Shown: one piece after another, positions 1-8,311 of the stretch | How positions within the stretch are numbered: position 1 is the stretch's first letter | How the letters are laid out: each line of letters opens with the position of its first letter | DNA from: an uncultured Planctomycetota bacterium | GTDB lineage: Bacteria > Planctomycetota > Planctomycetia > Pirellulales > Lacipirellulaceae | Assembly (NCBI GenBank): GCA_963719315.1 | Contig: CAVRBU010000008.1 | Coordinates: 1 to 18,348 of the forward strand | Length of the DNA: 18,348 nt | Reading direction: 5' to 3' | Notes under the pieces: generated by a model | Told to the model about the DNA's origin: nothing | Seen by the model: the letters and a program-made list of their open reading frames with translations, nothing else | Database searches by the model: none | Program-made: the position numbers and the translations under genes

Positions 1-185
1 AGAACACCTACGTTCATTCGGGCGCGGCCGAAGTATTGGTCCAACCGCGCCTCGCCGATGCGGAGAGTTTGCCAGCCGTCGATCACGGGCGCTTTGGATC
101 GATGGGGGACGGGAACGACGAACCAGCCGCGCTGCGTATAGTTCAGCGCGACCTCCATTGCCGATTGGTTTGTGCGATTCGACAT
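1..185 (-). CDS. Bifunctional DNA primase/polymerase (Prim-Pol) N-terminus, partial (runs off left edge)
   Basis: Not in ORF track. Manual translation from ATG at 185 (AAGGAG upstream): MSNRTNQSAMEVALNYTQRGWFVVPVPHRSKAPVIDGWQTLRIGEARLDQYFGRARMNVGV, matching the Prim-Pol pattern A..Y...GW.V.P....K.P...GW...N(I/V)G. Confidence 0.85.
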   Translation of the reverse strand, partial: MSNRTNQSAMEVALNYTQRGWFVVPVPHRSKAPVIDGWQTLRIGEARLDQYFGRARMNVGV

Positions 186-252
186 TGCTCGTAGCTCCTT
201 GGGTCTTGTATTCCCTTTCAAGAGGTGCGACCGGTTATCGCGCGCGTGTGCT

Positions 253-546
253 TTACCAACCTGCCTCGGACAGTTCCTTCTCCGCGCGGCTGATATCGGC
301 CTCGCGCTTCCGGGGCGTGCGGGAGGGGATTGATGGGCCATCAGCCGCTTCAGTTACCCGTTCCTGGAAGCGACGCAGTGCCTCGACCGACGTATACCTG
401 CGGCCACCGGAAAGCACGGTTTCGAGCTTGACTCCACGACAGCCGGATGTACGCCATCGCCAAAGGGTCGCTACGTTCGGTCGGCCAGGTAGCGACTTTG
501 CCGCTTCGGTCATTGAGAGCAAATGCTCGTGCTCGTGGTCGATCAT
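253..546 (-). CDS. DUF1580-like excisionase/HTH DNA-binding protein
   Basis: MIDHEHEHLLSMTEAAKSLPGRPNVATLWRWRTSGCRGVKLETVLSGGRRYTSVEALRRF; HTH plus G.RGV.LET..GG...TS.EA..RF signature. Start taken at ATG 546. Confidence 0.85.
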   Translation of the reverse strand: MIDHEHEHLLSMTEAAKSLPGRPNVATLWRWRTSGCRGVKLETVLSGGRRYTSVEALRRFQERVTEAADGPSIPSRTPRKREADISRAEKELSEAGW

Positions 547-563
547 GTTGGGCCTCGCGCAAC

Positions 564-599
564 AAAAAAGGTGAATTGCAGTCGTCTGCAATTCACCTT
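564..599 (-). terminator. Intrinsic terminator-like hairpin downstream of ORF 620-1234
   Basis: Perfect 14-bp arms AAGGTGAATTGCAG (568-581) / CTGCAATTCACCTT (586-599), 4-nt loop, T-run following on the minus strand. Confidence 0.6.
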
Positions 600-619
600 A
601 ACGGGCCGTAATTATCTAT

Positions 620-1234
620 CTAGGAAAGTCGCTTAGCGTTTTTCCTACCTGTTTTCCATCGACCACGATTTTGCGGCGCGGGATTTGGAGCGTGTTTGCG
701 GACAGTGCGCTCCGAGTAGTCTGTATTATTTGCCACCTGTTCCACGGCTGCCTGATATGACGGGCGGATTCTCATTGCTTGTGCGACCAATGTCTTAAAA
801 TCGGGGCGCTTCGCTGCTCTGCAGGAATTGGTTTTGTCCGCCGCTCGCCGTCCCACTATTCGCCGCCGCATTTGAGTCGCTAGCGCATTCCAACTATCCG
901 ACTTGCTCAGTTTGCACTTCCATGCCTCGTCATCACAGCGGCCGAAACTGACCGCAGCTCCGATTGCCTTGTCGATGTCGCCCGCCTTCCATGCCGCCTC
1001 AATTTCGTAAAGAGACTGAAGCGCGTAGATATTCCATGCAATTTCGATGTCGTTGCGACACGTATTTAACGGCTTCGCATACTGCCGCTTACCTTTGAAC
1101 AGAATTGTGTCGGCGGTCTTGCGTGTCGTCACATAAGGGGCGACCATCTTCTCCAGCACGTCACGTCGTTTGCGAAGTCCATCCTTCGTTAGTGGTTCGC
1201 CCGCAATCCGTAATTCCAAAATCGACCAGTCCAT
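620..1234 (-). CDS. Hypothetical protein, possible C-terminal HTH
   Basis: 204-aa ORF with AAGGA upstream; C-terminal YQAAVEQVANNTDYSERTVRKH resembles an HTH; co-oriented with DUF1580 and Prim-Pol. Confidence 0.6.
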   Translation of the reverse strand: MDWSILELRIAGEPLTKDGLRKRRDVLEKMVAPYVTTRKTADTILFKGKRQYAKPLNTCRNDIEIAWNIYALQSLYEIEAAWKAGDIDKAIGAAVSFGRCDDEAWKCKLSKSDSWNALATQMRRRIVGRRAADKTNSCRAAKRPDFKTLVAQAMRIRPSYQAAVEQVANNTDYSERTVRKHAPNPAPQNRGRWKTGRKNAKRLS

Positions 1235-1540
1235 CTTGCATCATCCTTTACGTCAGGCCGGTCAGCCGGCTGCCATATCGAGTTTATGGCGCACTGCCAC
1301 CAGCGGTCGAGTGTTGAGAGCACGTGTCAATGCTCAAGGCGAAGTTTTGCGACGGCGTACGCAGCAAGACAGATACGGCGATGTGAAACGAGGTTCTGGC
1401 CAAGATTCTTTGTCACAACAATGCTGTTCTGATCAGTGCCATGTATGAACTGGGAATCGATCCGGTGTTTTGGTCGCTAGAAACCACCCAAACCTAGGTG
1501 GTCAACGCTAGCATTGCGATGAATTTGCGGCGCCAGCGGA

Positions 1541-1570
1541 TTGACTGTCTGAATCTAATCTCACTATGCT
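1541..1570 (+). promoter_or_regulatory. Putative sigma70 promoter of the two-gene operon
   Basis: TTGACT (1541-1546), 18 nt, TATGCT (1565-1570); GGAGGAG RBS before ATG 1612. Confidence 0.45.
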
Positions 1571-1611
1571 GTATTGCACCTCTGCCGGAGGAACTGGAGG
1601 AGATCGTCAGG

Positions 1612-2073
1612 ATGGCCCTTCCGCTTACCTATGAGAAGCGAAAATCTCGCGTTCATTACGCGGCCGTCCCGGCGCTCGATCCGCATGATGGCGGCGAATG
1701 GGACTTGCTTATCTCGCCGAAAACGCTCGAATGGGCTGCCTCCCGTGGAATCGGTTCGGCGAAGGAATTGGCTTACACTGTCCGCTGGGCGCTGCTAAAT
1801 CCAGAGGTTGTTTTCCAGGGTGTCCGCGACGACGAGCCGGAAATCGATGAAGATGGTTGGCTTTGTTATGTATCCCGGCCGAATTTCGCCTACAATCTAA
1901 AAACAGGGCAAATAGTTTGCCCAGCCTGGGCAGACGAAGTATTTTTAATATTTGTGAACGACGAAAGGGTCGTTTATCTCTGGTATTGGGGGAAATGCGA
2001 CGCGGTAGACGACCACTTACCAATCGATTACGAGGGTCGATTCCGGGAAAGGGTGTGGCCACATGACGACTGA
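1612..2073 (+). CDS. Hypothetical protein, putative RelE/BECR-fold RNase toxin
   Basis: Start at ATG 1612 after GGAGGAG. VRWALLNPEVVFQG..D......WLCYVSRP and VFLIFVN....VYLWYW resemble BECR-type nucleases; overlaps the next gene. Confidence 0.5.
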   Translation: MALPLTYEKRKSRVHYAAVPALDPHDGGEWDLLISPKTLEWAASRGIGSAKELAYTVRWALLNPEVVFQGVRDDEPEIDEDGWLCYVSRPNFAYNLKTGQIVCPAWADEVFLIFVNDERVVYLWYWGKCDAVDDHLPIDYEGRFRERVWPHDD

Positions 2074-2509
2074 ATCGTTTTTAACCGATGCATTCGCACG
2101 GCGATTGCTTGGCCGAGCCGAGCAATCAACTGCTGTTATTCCAGCCTCATACTACAACGAAGATGGGGATTGTATCGAAATTCGTCTTTCTGATGAAAGC
2201 TTCTTCGCCGACCGCGCTGATTCGCTGGTGACATTTTTCATCGGTCGAGAATCTCGTCAGGTTGTAGGCGCGGTCATCAAGGGTTGGAAACAATTGATGG
2301 AATCGATGCTCGAACACACCCCCGGTTTCCGAGTTGAAATCATGGACGATGACGGCGTTAAGGTCGAGCATATCTTGTCAGTGGTATTGTGGCAAAAAGC
2401 CGGGAGCCCCTACGACGAATGTATTGTAAAAAAATACAAATACCTTCGCGACGCAGCTGAAGCAAATCATTTGCGCGTTGATTTACGAGAACTCCAAGCG
2501 GCGTACTGA
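2063..2509 (+). CDS. DUF2283-like putative antitoxin
   Basis: SYYNEDGDCIEIRLSDE...LVTFFIGRESRQVVGAVIKG resembles DUF2283 (Y...D.L.I......G.VVG..I); acidic; 11-nt overlap with the upstream ORF. Confidence 0.55.
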   Translation: MTTESFLTDAFARRLLGRAEQSTAVIPASYYNEDGDCIEIRLSDESFFADRADSLVTFFIGRESRQVVGAVIKGWKQLMESMLEHTPGFRVEIMDDDGVKVEHILSVVLWQKAGSPYDECIVKKYKYLRDAAEANHLRVDLRELQAAY

Positions 2510-2535
2510 AAGTGCTACTCCATCATGAATTTCCA

Positions 2536-2563
2536 GACCCCGTCAGTAATGGCGGGGTTTTTT
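2536..2563 (+). terminator. Intrinsic terminator
   Basis: CCCCGTCA-GTAA-TGGCGGGG followed by TTTTTT, just after the 2509 stop. Confidence 0.75.
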
Positions 2564-2873
2564 ATTAGCGGCGGCGAGATGCAAAGGGGAATTTCGCCTG
2601 ACCGGTGGAGATGGCCAGTGCGACCAGCGATTGAGCAGACCTAATTAACCTGCAAGCTGGCACCTGTCTGTCCTCGCCGCCGCACTTTCTCGACGACATT
2701 CTATTCTGGGCAAAATTTTACTTGTCCAATAAGTCGCTCAATCGGGTGCGTTTTTCGCCAAAAGCCGACAACATTGTGCAAGTGCCGCCCGCATTTGATA
2801 GTACGCCGCGTGCGCCCCCCAAACATGAGAATCCCAGACGTTTGCTTACCAGTGCGCGACAATCGGCATAATT

Positions 2874-4106
2874 CTATCCAACTTCTTTCGCCACTCGAGC
2901 CGCAAGTGCGTAGTCGCGTTCTGCGTAGACCTGCGTTACGTTGGCCTGCGAGTGACCGAGAACGACCTGGGCTGCCTCGAGGCCAAATCGGCGCCGGATC
3001 TCGGTGGCCGCTGAATGACGAAGTTGGTTCGGACTCCATCGATGATCCGACTGCCACTTCGCTAGTGCATTCGGCGACTGTTTGATTTCTTCGGGGACGG
3101 GAAACGCCTTGTCACACGCTCTGTGAATGGCGCGGCGATAGCTGGCGGCAGTATAGTGTTCACCGGGGCGCCATGTTGGATGACGCTTGCGATTTGTCCC
3201 TGCGCTATTGCCAAAATGAAGTGGCGTTCGGCGCCTTGCCCGTCGTGCCGCGCGCCGTTTGGCTTCCGAATCCACGGGTCGGAAACAATACGAGTCGGCG
3301 TCCCCATTTAGGTAGGAAAGAACTATGAGTTGTGCCTGCGGGCCGAAAAAGACCACACGTTCACGCTCATGGTGCTCCGTTTTGTGGCTTTCCGGCAAAT
3401 ACCGCCAAACTTCTCCAGTGCGATCGAAGTCTCTTGGTCGCATTATGCAGAGCTCAGCCGGTCGCATCCCAGTCAGCCGCTGTAGTCGCACCATATCCGC
3501 CACGACGCATGGCAAATACGGTAGCGTGGCTTCCACAATCGAACTATCGATAGGCCTTACTGGCTTGCTTTCGCGTGCTGTCGAGCGTCCTTTGCGAAGG
3601 CCGTCAACAACCAGCAGTCCGTGATAGACGGGTGTCGGAATCAGTGCTTCCGCGGCAAGCCACTTGAACATTCTGCGAATTCGGCCCGTGTTTTTGTTAA
3701 TCGTGGAGCGTGATAATCCTGCTTCCAGCATCTGCTGTCGAACCGCTTTGAACGCGATCGGCGAAAACTCGTCCGCTGGCGTATTCCCATATAGTTGGCG
3801 GGCGTAGGCCACAGCGAGTCGAATGCATGTCTGCTCGGAGGTGGGTTTACCGTTCTTAACGTAATAATGTTCAACATGTGCGCGATAACGATTGATGGCC
3901 TCGGCAATTGTTAATCGATCGACGCAATCGACCAGTGAATGCCGTCCTTGCACGAGCCATTCAGAAATTAACCGGTCGTATTCGATACGACTCGCCTTCG
4001 TGCCGTGAGGACCGAGATAGAACTCTCGGCCATTGAGAGTAACCACCGCTTGTTTCGAGCCGCGGTGGTATCGGTATTTCGGAACTGAATTGACCAAACG
4101 GGGCAT
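2874..4106 (-). CDS. Tyrosine recombinase / phage integrase
   Basis: Start at ATG 4106 (AAGGAG RBS). Catalytic motifs TGMRPAEL, HKT, PNQLRHS, LGHS, TQVYAE; N-terminal arm-binding-like PKYRYH...QAVVTLNGREFYLG; adjacent to tRNA 3' end. Confidence 0.95.
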   Translation of the reverse strand: MPRLVNSVPKYRYHRGSKQAVVTLNGREFYLGPHGTKASRIEYDRLISEWLVQGRHSLVDCVDRLTIAEAINRYRAHVEHYYVKNGKPTSEQTCIRLAVAYARQLYGNTPADEFSPIAFKAVRQQMLEAGLSRSTINKNTGRIRRMFKWLAAEALIPTPVYHGLLVVDGLRKGRSTARESKPVRPIDSSIVEATLPYLPCVVADMVRLQRLTGMRPAELCIMRPRDFDRTGEVWRYLPESHKTEHHERERVVFFGPQAQLIVLSYLNGDADSYCFRPVDSEAKRRAARRARRRTPLHFGNSAGTNRKRHPTWRPGEHYTAASYRRAIHRACDKAFPVPEEIKQSPNALAKWQSDHRWSPNQLRHSAATEIRRRFGLEAAQVVLGHSQANVTQVYAERDYALAARVAKEVG

Positions 4107-4127
4107 AATGCGGGTCTCCTTGTTTGC

Positions 4128-4149
4128 CAAAACGGTATTTACCGTTTTG
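4128..4149. promoter_or_regulatory. Palindromic operator-like site upstream of integrase
   Basis: CAAAACGGTA-TT-TACCGTTTTG, perfect 10-bp arms, 22-43 bp upstream of the integrase start. Confidence 0.5.
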
Positions 4150-4224
4150 CGCTCGAAGAAAACGCCGCACCGCCGACCGTCGGCAGGAAACACAAACCTT
4201 TGTTTCGGCTATAGTTGTGAAAAA

Positions 4225-4298
4225 TCGGGGTGACAAGATTCGAACTTGCGACCTCTTGGTCCCGAACCAAGCGCTCTACCAGGCTGAGCCACACCCCG
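4225..4298 (-). tRNA. tRNA-Pro(CGG)
   Basis: Reverse complement CGGGGTGTGGCTCAGCCTGGTAGAGCGCTTGGTTCGGGACCAAGAGGTCGCAAGTTCGAATCTTGTCACCCCGA: cloverleaf, anticodon CGG, GTTCGAA T-loop; CCA not encoded. Confidence 0.97.
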
Positions 4299-4564
4299 AA
4301 TTCGAAGCTATCACTTTATCACAGCCCTCCGAATGCAACAAGGCGGAAGGGCCCGGGCCAGCACGCGGAATCTACTGGTTTCACGCTGTAAACGTCTCAT
4401 TCGGTCACACGACCGCTATCGCCATCTTCGCGAAACGCTTTGCTACGTAGAGTTCGGCGCCGTAACTGATCTGGCTCCGTGGAACCGACTTGCTATCTTT
4501 CGCACGTGCTTCTTGCACAAACTCATCTAATTTTCGCATCTTTTCAGTCATCGGCAGGCTCGCG

Positions 4565-5129
4565 ATGAAAACCGCGCTCGCTCTCTTTTCGGTACTTGTT
4601 GTGGCGGCCAGTTCGGCGCTGACCGGCTGCGCGTCCATTGTGAGCGGCCGACACGCAGAACGTCGCGATCGATACTTATCCGACCAATGCGCATGTAGAA
4701 ATCCACGACAACAACGGTCACACGGTCGCTTCGCTCGAAACGCCTGGAATGGTTTCTCTCAAGCGCAATCGTCGCTGGTTTTTGCCGGCGCGATATACGG
4801 CCGTCATCGACGCCCCGGGTTACGAACCCACGTTCGTGCCGATCCACTCCACGATAAACCCCTGGATTCTTGGCAACGTCGTCATCGGCGGCATACCCGG
4901 GTTGATCGTGGACAATGCCACGGGCGCGGCATGGCGGCCGAGCGAGCCCGAGATTCACCGCCAACTGTACCCGGTTGCCGGCGGTGGCCAAGAACCGATG
5001 GTCTCGGCCAATGAGCCCGCTTCGCGCGGGTCGAAAAGAGATCCGCAATACGTTGCCGATCGAGGCAGGCCGGTCTCAACGTCGGCGACCGACCATTCGA
5101 ATGCGGTGCGTCCCGCTTCAGCGCCCTAG
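4565..5129 (+). CDS. Lipoprotein (PEGA-like domain), apparent frameshift near 4660
   Basis: MKTALALFSVLVVAASSALTG-CASIVSG lipobox. Removing one base at GCAGAACGTC joins it to VAIDTYPTNAHVEI...INPWILGNVVIGGIPGLIVDNATGAAW. Confidence 0.75.
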
Positions 5130-5136
5130 AAGTGAA

Positions 5137-5168
5137 CCCTCTCCCTCCGGGAAAGGGCAGGGTGAGGG
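5137..5168. repeat. CCCTCTCCC...GGGTGAGGG-type palindromic extragenic repeat
   Basis: CCCTCTCCCTCCGGGAAAGGGCAGGGTGAGGG just after the lipoprotein stop. Confidence 0.55.
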
Positions 5169-5208
5169 TGCCCTGGTTTGCCCGCAAAACAACGTGGGAA
5201 TTTTTTTG

Positions 5209-5238
5209 TTGAAATTGTGCCAACACCTGTGTTAGTCT
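5209..5238 (+). promoter_or_regulatory. Putative promoter of the packaging operon
   Basis: TTGAAA (5209-5214), 18 nt, TAGTCT (5233-5238) preceded by TGn (extended -10); T-tract upstream. Confidence 0.45.
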
Positions 5239-5250
5239 CCTCCCAACGCT

Positions 5251-5366
5251 AAACGGTATCCAGCGGAGCACAGCATGTTGTGCGCGGGTTTGCGGACCTC
5301 GCATTTCCTGCAACGTATCCCAAGAGCCCGAGGTCGGACGATCGCGTCCGGCCTCGGGCTTTTTTT
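5251..5366 (+). promoter_or_regulatory. Structured leader/attenuator, copy 1
   Basis: AAACGGTATC, two small hairpins, TATC, then terminator GAGCCCGAGGTCGGACG-ATCG-CGTCCGGCCTCGGGCT-TTTTTT ending 15 nt before ATG 5382. Confidence 0.7.
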
Positions 5367-5381
5367 ATTGGCTGCAAGTCA

Positions 5382-5960
5382 ATGCAAAAGATCAACAACC
5401 AACATTTCGCGAGCCTCACTCAGGCGCGTTTCCACATCGCCGACGGCGATCTGCTGCTGTTTCGGCGTCGCAATTTGATAGCAATTGCGGGCCGCGGCAC
5501 GCACTCGCACGCGGCTAAAGCCGCCTGGTGGGGTGACGACCTGTTCTGCGTGGAAGTCCGCGAGTGGCATGGCGGCCGGGCCGTCACGCTCGACAGCCAG
5601 GTCCGCAAGTTTCCTGGCCGGATCGATGTCTATTGCACGAACCCGGCAAATCGGTGGCCGGAGTACGATCGAACGCGGGCAATCACGATGATGCGGCGCC
5701 TGGCCGGTTGCGACTACGGTTACGCCGCCGTGCTGGCCGCCGCGATGCTCCATTTGCCATTCATTCGGATGGTAGCTCGGGCAGAAGTTGAAGACGGCGC
5801 GATCGATCGCCGGCCACCGTTTTGTAGCCAGGCTTGCGCGATGACCGACCGCATCGGCGGCGGCGTGGACCCCGTGCCGCACCTGGCCGATCGCCTCACG
5901 GAACCCGCCGATCTCGCGCGGAGCCCGTTCTACGAATACGCGTTTACTTTAGTTCCTTAA
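5382..5960 (+). CDS. Permuted papain-like NlpC/P60 (YiiX/YebB-like) amidase
   Basis: Motif order GDLLLF, HSHAA, DY, FCSQ, P.DL is that of the circularly permuted papain-like family (His before Cys). Confidence 0.8.
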   Translation: MQKINNQHFASLTQARFHIADGDLLLFRRRNLIAIAGRGTHSHAAKAAWWGDDLFCVEVREWHGGRAVTLDSQVRKFPGRIDVYCTNPANRWPEYDRTRAITMMRRLAGCDYGYAAVLAAAMLHLPFIRMVARAEVEDGAIDRRPPFCSQACAMTDRIGGGVDPVPHLADRLTEPADLARSPFYEYAFTLVP

Positions 5961-6082
5961 CACAACGATCACGAATCGCGCAAACAAGCATCACGAAGTG
6001 AACTATGACCACTGAATTATTCCGATTCGTTCGATTCCTGTTCTGCATTGCGATCGCGTGCGCATCTCTCGCCGCACACCGT

Positions 6083-6123
6083 ACCTGACACCTGACGTAT
6101 TGTTTCCCCGACACCCGACACCC
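6083..6123. repeat. Heptamer (ACACCYG)n repeat, single arm
   Basis: ACCTGACACCTGAC...CCCGACACCCGACACCC; same family at 6381-6404, 6989-7061, 8253-8284 and 14958-15037. Confidence 0.65.
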
Positions 6124-6130
6124 AATTCTC

Positions 6131-6385
6131 ATGGACTGGCCCGTGGCCACCGTTTTGCTCGGCACGCTCGGCACGCTTGCGCTCGGCATTATCAAGCTGC
6201 TGTCGCGGCGCGGGTCGAGCCATTGCGACGAACCGCCGAACGGCCGCGTGTACGCCCGCGCAACCGACCTGGCCGAGTTCCGCGCCCGGCTGGTGTCGTT
6301 GGAGCAGGCCCATCATGTGCTGCGCGCGGAAATCCGGGCCGACATCAAAGAGCTGCAAACAACAATTCGTGATTTACTAACCTGA
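6131..6385 (+). CDS. Small membrane protein (N-terminal TM + coiled coil), holin-like
   Basis: MDWPVATVLLGTLGTLALGIIKLL hydrophobic helix, then LAEFRARLVSLEQAHHVLRAEIRADIKELQTTIRDLL coiled coil; follows the amidase. Confidence 0.65.
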   Translation: MDWPVATVLLGTLGTLALGIIKLLSRRGSSHCDEPPNGRVYARATDLAEFRARLVSLEQAHHVLRAEIRADIKELQTTIRDLLT

Positions 6386-6411
6386 CACACGACACGTGAC
6401 ACCTAACTCCC

Positions 6412-6981
6412 ATGCAAATCCGCGATCGAATCAAAGAACTTCGCCGCGTGCGGGCCAGCGACCTGCGGCCCAACCCGCGCAATTGGCGTCTCCATCCTCC
6501 ACAGCAACAGGATGCGCTTCGCGGCGTGCTCGCCGAAATCGGTTACGCCGACGCGCTGTTGGCCCGCGAGCTGGCCGATGGAACGCTCATGCTCATCGAC
6601 GGCCACCTTCGCGCCGAGACGACGCCCGACGCCGTCGTGCCCGTACTCGTTCTCGATGTCGACGCAAGCGAAGCTGAAAAAATCCTGCTGACCCACGATC
6701 CACTAGCCGGCATGGCGACCGTCTCCGATGAACATTTGCACGCACTGCTTGCCGATGTGCAAACCGACAACGCGGCCGTTCGCAGCCTGCTAGATTCTAT
6801 TTCGGCTGTCGCCGAGAACACCGACGCGATTGGCGGATCGGCGCCACCAGCCGCCGCGCCGGAAATCATCGTCCCAGAAAGTTACCAGGTCGTCGTCGAG
6901 TGCCGCGACGAAACCGATCAACGCGACGTGTTCGAACGAATGCGAGCAGAGGGCTACCGCTGCCGCGTGTTGACATTGTGA
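6412..6981 (+). CDS. ParB/Srx N-terminal domain protein (phage type)
   Basis: RVRASDLRPNPRNWRLH...IGY...LMLIDGHLR; short C-terminal YQVVVECRDETDQ...FERMRAEGYRCRV domain. Confidence 0.85.
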   Translation: MQIRDRIKELRRVRASDLRPNPRNWRLHPPQQQDALRGVLAEIGYADALLARELADGTLMLIDGHLRAETTPDAVVPVLVLDVDASEAEKILLTHDPLAGMATVSDEHLHALLADVQTDNAAVRSLLDSISAVAENTDAIGGSAPPAAAPEIIVPESYQVVVECRDETDQRDVFERMRAEGYRCRVLTL

Positions 6982-6988
6982 GAAGAAC

Positions 6989-7061
6989 TAGGTGTCGGGT
7001 GTCAGGTGTCGGGTATCAGAAAGAAGACATCCGATCTCCGACACCTGACACCCGATACCTA
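6989..7061. repeat. Heptamer inverted repeat (GGTGTCR)n/(YGACACC)n
   Basis: TAGGTGTCGGGTGTCAGGTGTCGG ... CCGACACCTGACACCCGATACCTA fills the intergenic gap. Confidence 0.85.
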
Positions 7062-7068
7062 CCCACCC

Positions 7069-8303
7069 ATGCCCACCATCAAAACCACTGTCACCTGTCC
7101 CGTCCACGATTCGTTCCGCGTGCAACAAGTGGCCGGTATGTTCGACGTGCCGCTCGCCGAGAAAGCGACGGAACGGTTCGAAGTCGATGTGCCGGGCGCC
7201 GACGAGGAATGGCAAATCGGCCTGATCGTTGGTCCCTCCGGCAGCGGCAAAAGCACGATCGCCCGCCGCGCATTTGGTGAAGGCCTTTATACCAATACCG
7301 TCTGGCCAAACGATCGCGCTGTGGTCGATTGCTTCGGCGATCTTTCGGTGCGGCACGTCGTCGAACTGTTCACAGCGGTGGGTTTCGGTTCACCGCCGTC
7401 GTGGATCAAACCATATCACGTGTTGAGCAATGGTGAGCGGTTTCGATGTGATTTGGCGCGAGCGCTGGCAATGGGGTTCCATAAAGCCGCGACCGCCGGT
7501 CGCGAAATGTGCGCCACCTCTGACGGCAACGCGGCGTCCAACGAACTGGCCACAATCCGCGACCAACGGTCGCGGCTTTGTGTGTTCGACGAATTCACCA
7601 GCGTCGTCGATCGCAACGTCGCCAAGGTCTGCTCCGCGGCGATCGCCAAGGGCATTCGCCGAGGCAGTTTGCCGTGCCGGTTCGTGGCCGTGACGTGCCA
7701 CTACGATGTTGCGGCCTGGCTCGAGCCGGATTGGATCGTGGACATGGCGACTTGCGAACTGCAACGGAGGCGTCTTCGGCGCCGCGACCCGCGTTGGCGA
7801 AGGCCTACGATCGAACTGGAAATCCGTCGCTGCAAAGTGGATGCTTGGCAATTGTTTAAGCGTCATCACTATTTGAGCGGTTCCCTCGCGCCCGCGCGCG
7901 ATGTTACTTGACGACATGGGAAGGCGTGCCCGTGAACTTCTGCGCGACGTTGCCGGTGATCGCGACGAAAAACCACCGCCGGTTCACGCGGATCGTGACG
8001 CTGCCGGATTTCCAAGGCATCGGCATCGGCATGCGGTCCGTCGCGGCCGTGGCGGAACTGCACCGGGCCGAAGGCCACCGCATCAACGTCACGAGCAGCC
8101 ACCCGGCGCTCATCCGCCATTGCGAACGCTCGCCGTTGTGGAAGACCGTCCACGTCAACAAATCGGGCCGCCCACGCCGCAGCGCACGGTTTCCGTCGTA
8201 CCGCACAGCCATCGGCCGCGCCGTCGTCTCGTTCGAATACATAGGAAGCAGGAAGGTGTCAGGTATCGGGTGTCAGGTGTCAGAAGCACGAACCCCTGCA
8301 TAG
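7069..8303 (+). CDS. ABC-type ATPase fused to GNAT acetyltransferase, apparent frameshift near 7895
   Basis: Walker A GPSGSGKST, signature LSNGE, Walker B CVFDEFTSVVD, H-loop VTCH; GNAT motif A RIVTLPDFQGIGIG. Adding one G in CCCGCGCGCGATGTTAC gives HHYLSGSLAPAARCYLTTWEG and joins both ORFs. No TM segments. Confidence 0.8.
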
Positions 8304-8311
8304 AGTTTGCG

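Larger units (their letters stand above)
1..4224 (-). mobile_element. Integrative (satellite/PICI-like) element inserted at tRNA-Pro 3' end, extends beyond left edge
   Basis: Integrase, HTH/excisionase-like and Prim-Pol genes immediately 3' of a tRNA, with accessory TA-like cargo. The second att copy is not in the window. Confidence 0.7.

Noticed and set aside
2580..3085. ORFs 2701-3057 (-) and 2774-3085 (+)
   Set aside because: Overlap the integrase 3' end, no motifs or RBS; probable shadow ORFs.
7909..7911. TGA read-through or selenocysteine in the ABC-GNAT gene
   Set aside because: The downstream GNAT ORF is in a different frame, so this is a frameshift, not an in-frame stop.
7069..7911. 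ABC transporter ATP-binding subunit
   Set aside because: No permease or substrate-binding gene nearby and the ATPase appears fused to a GNAT in a packaging operon.
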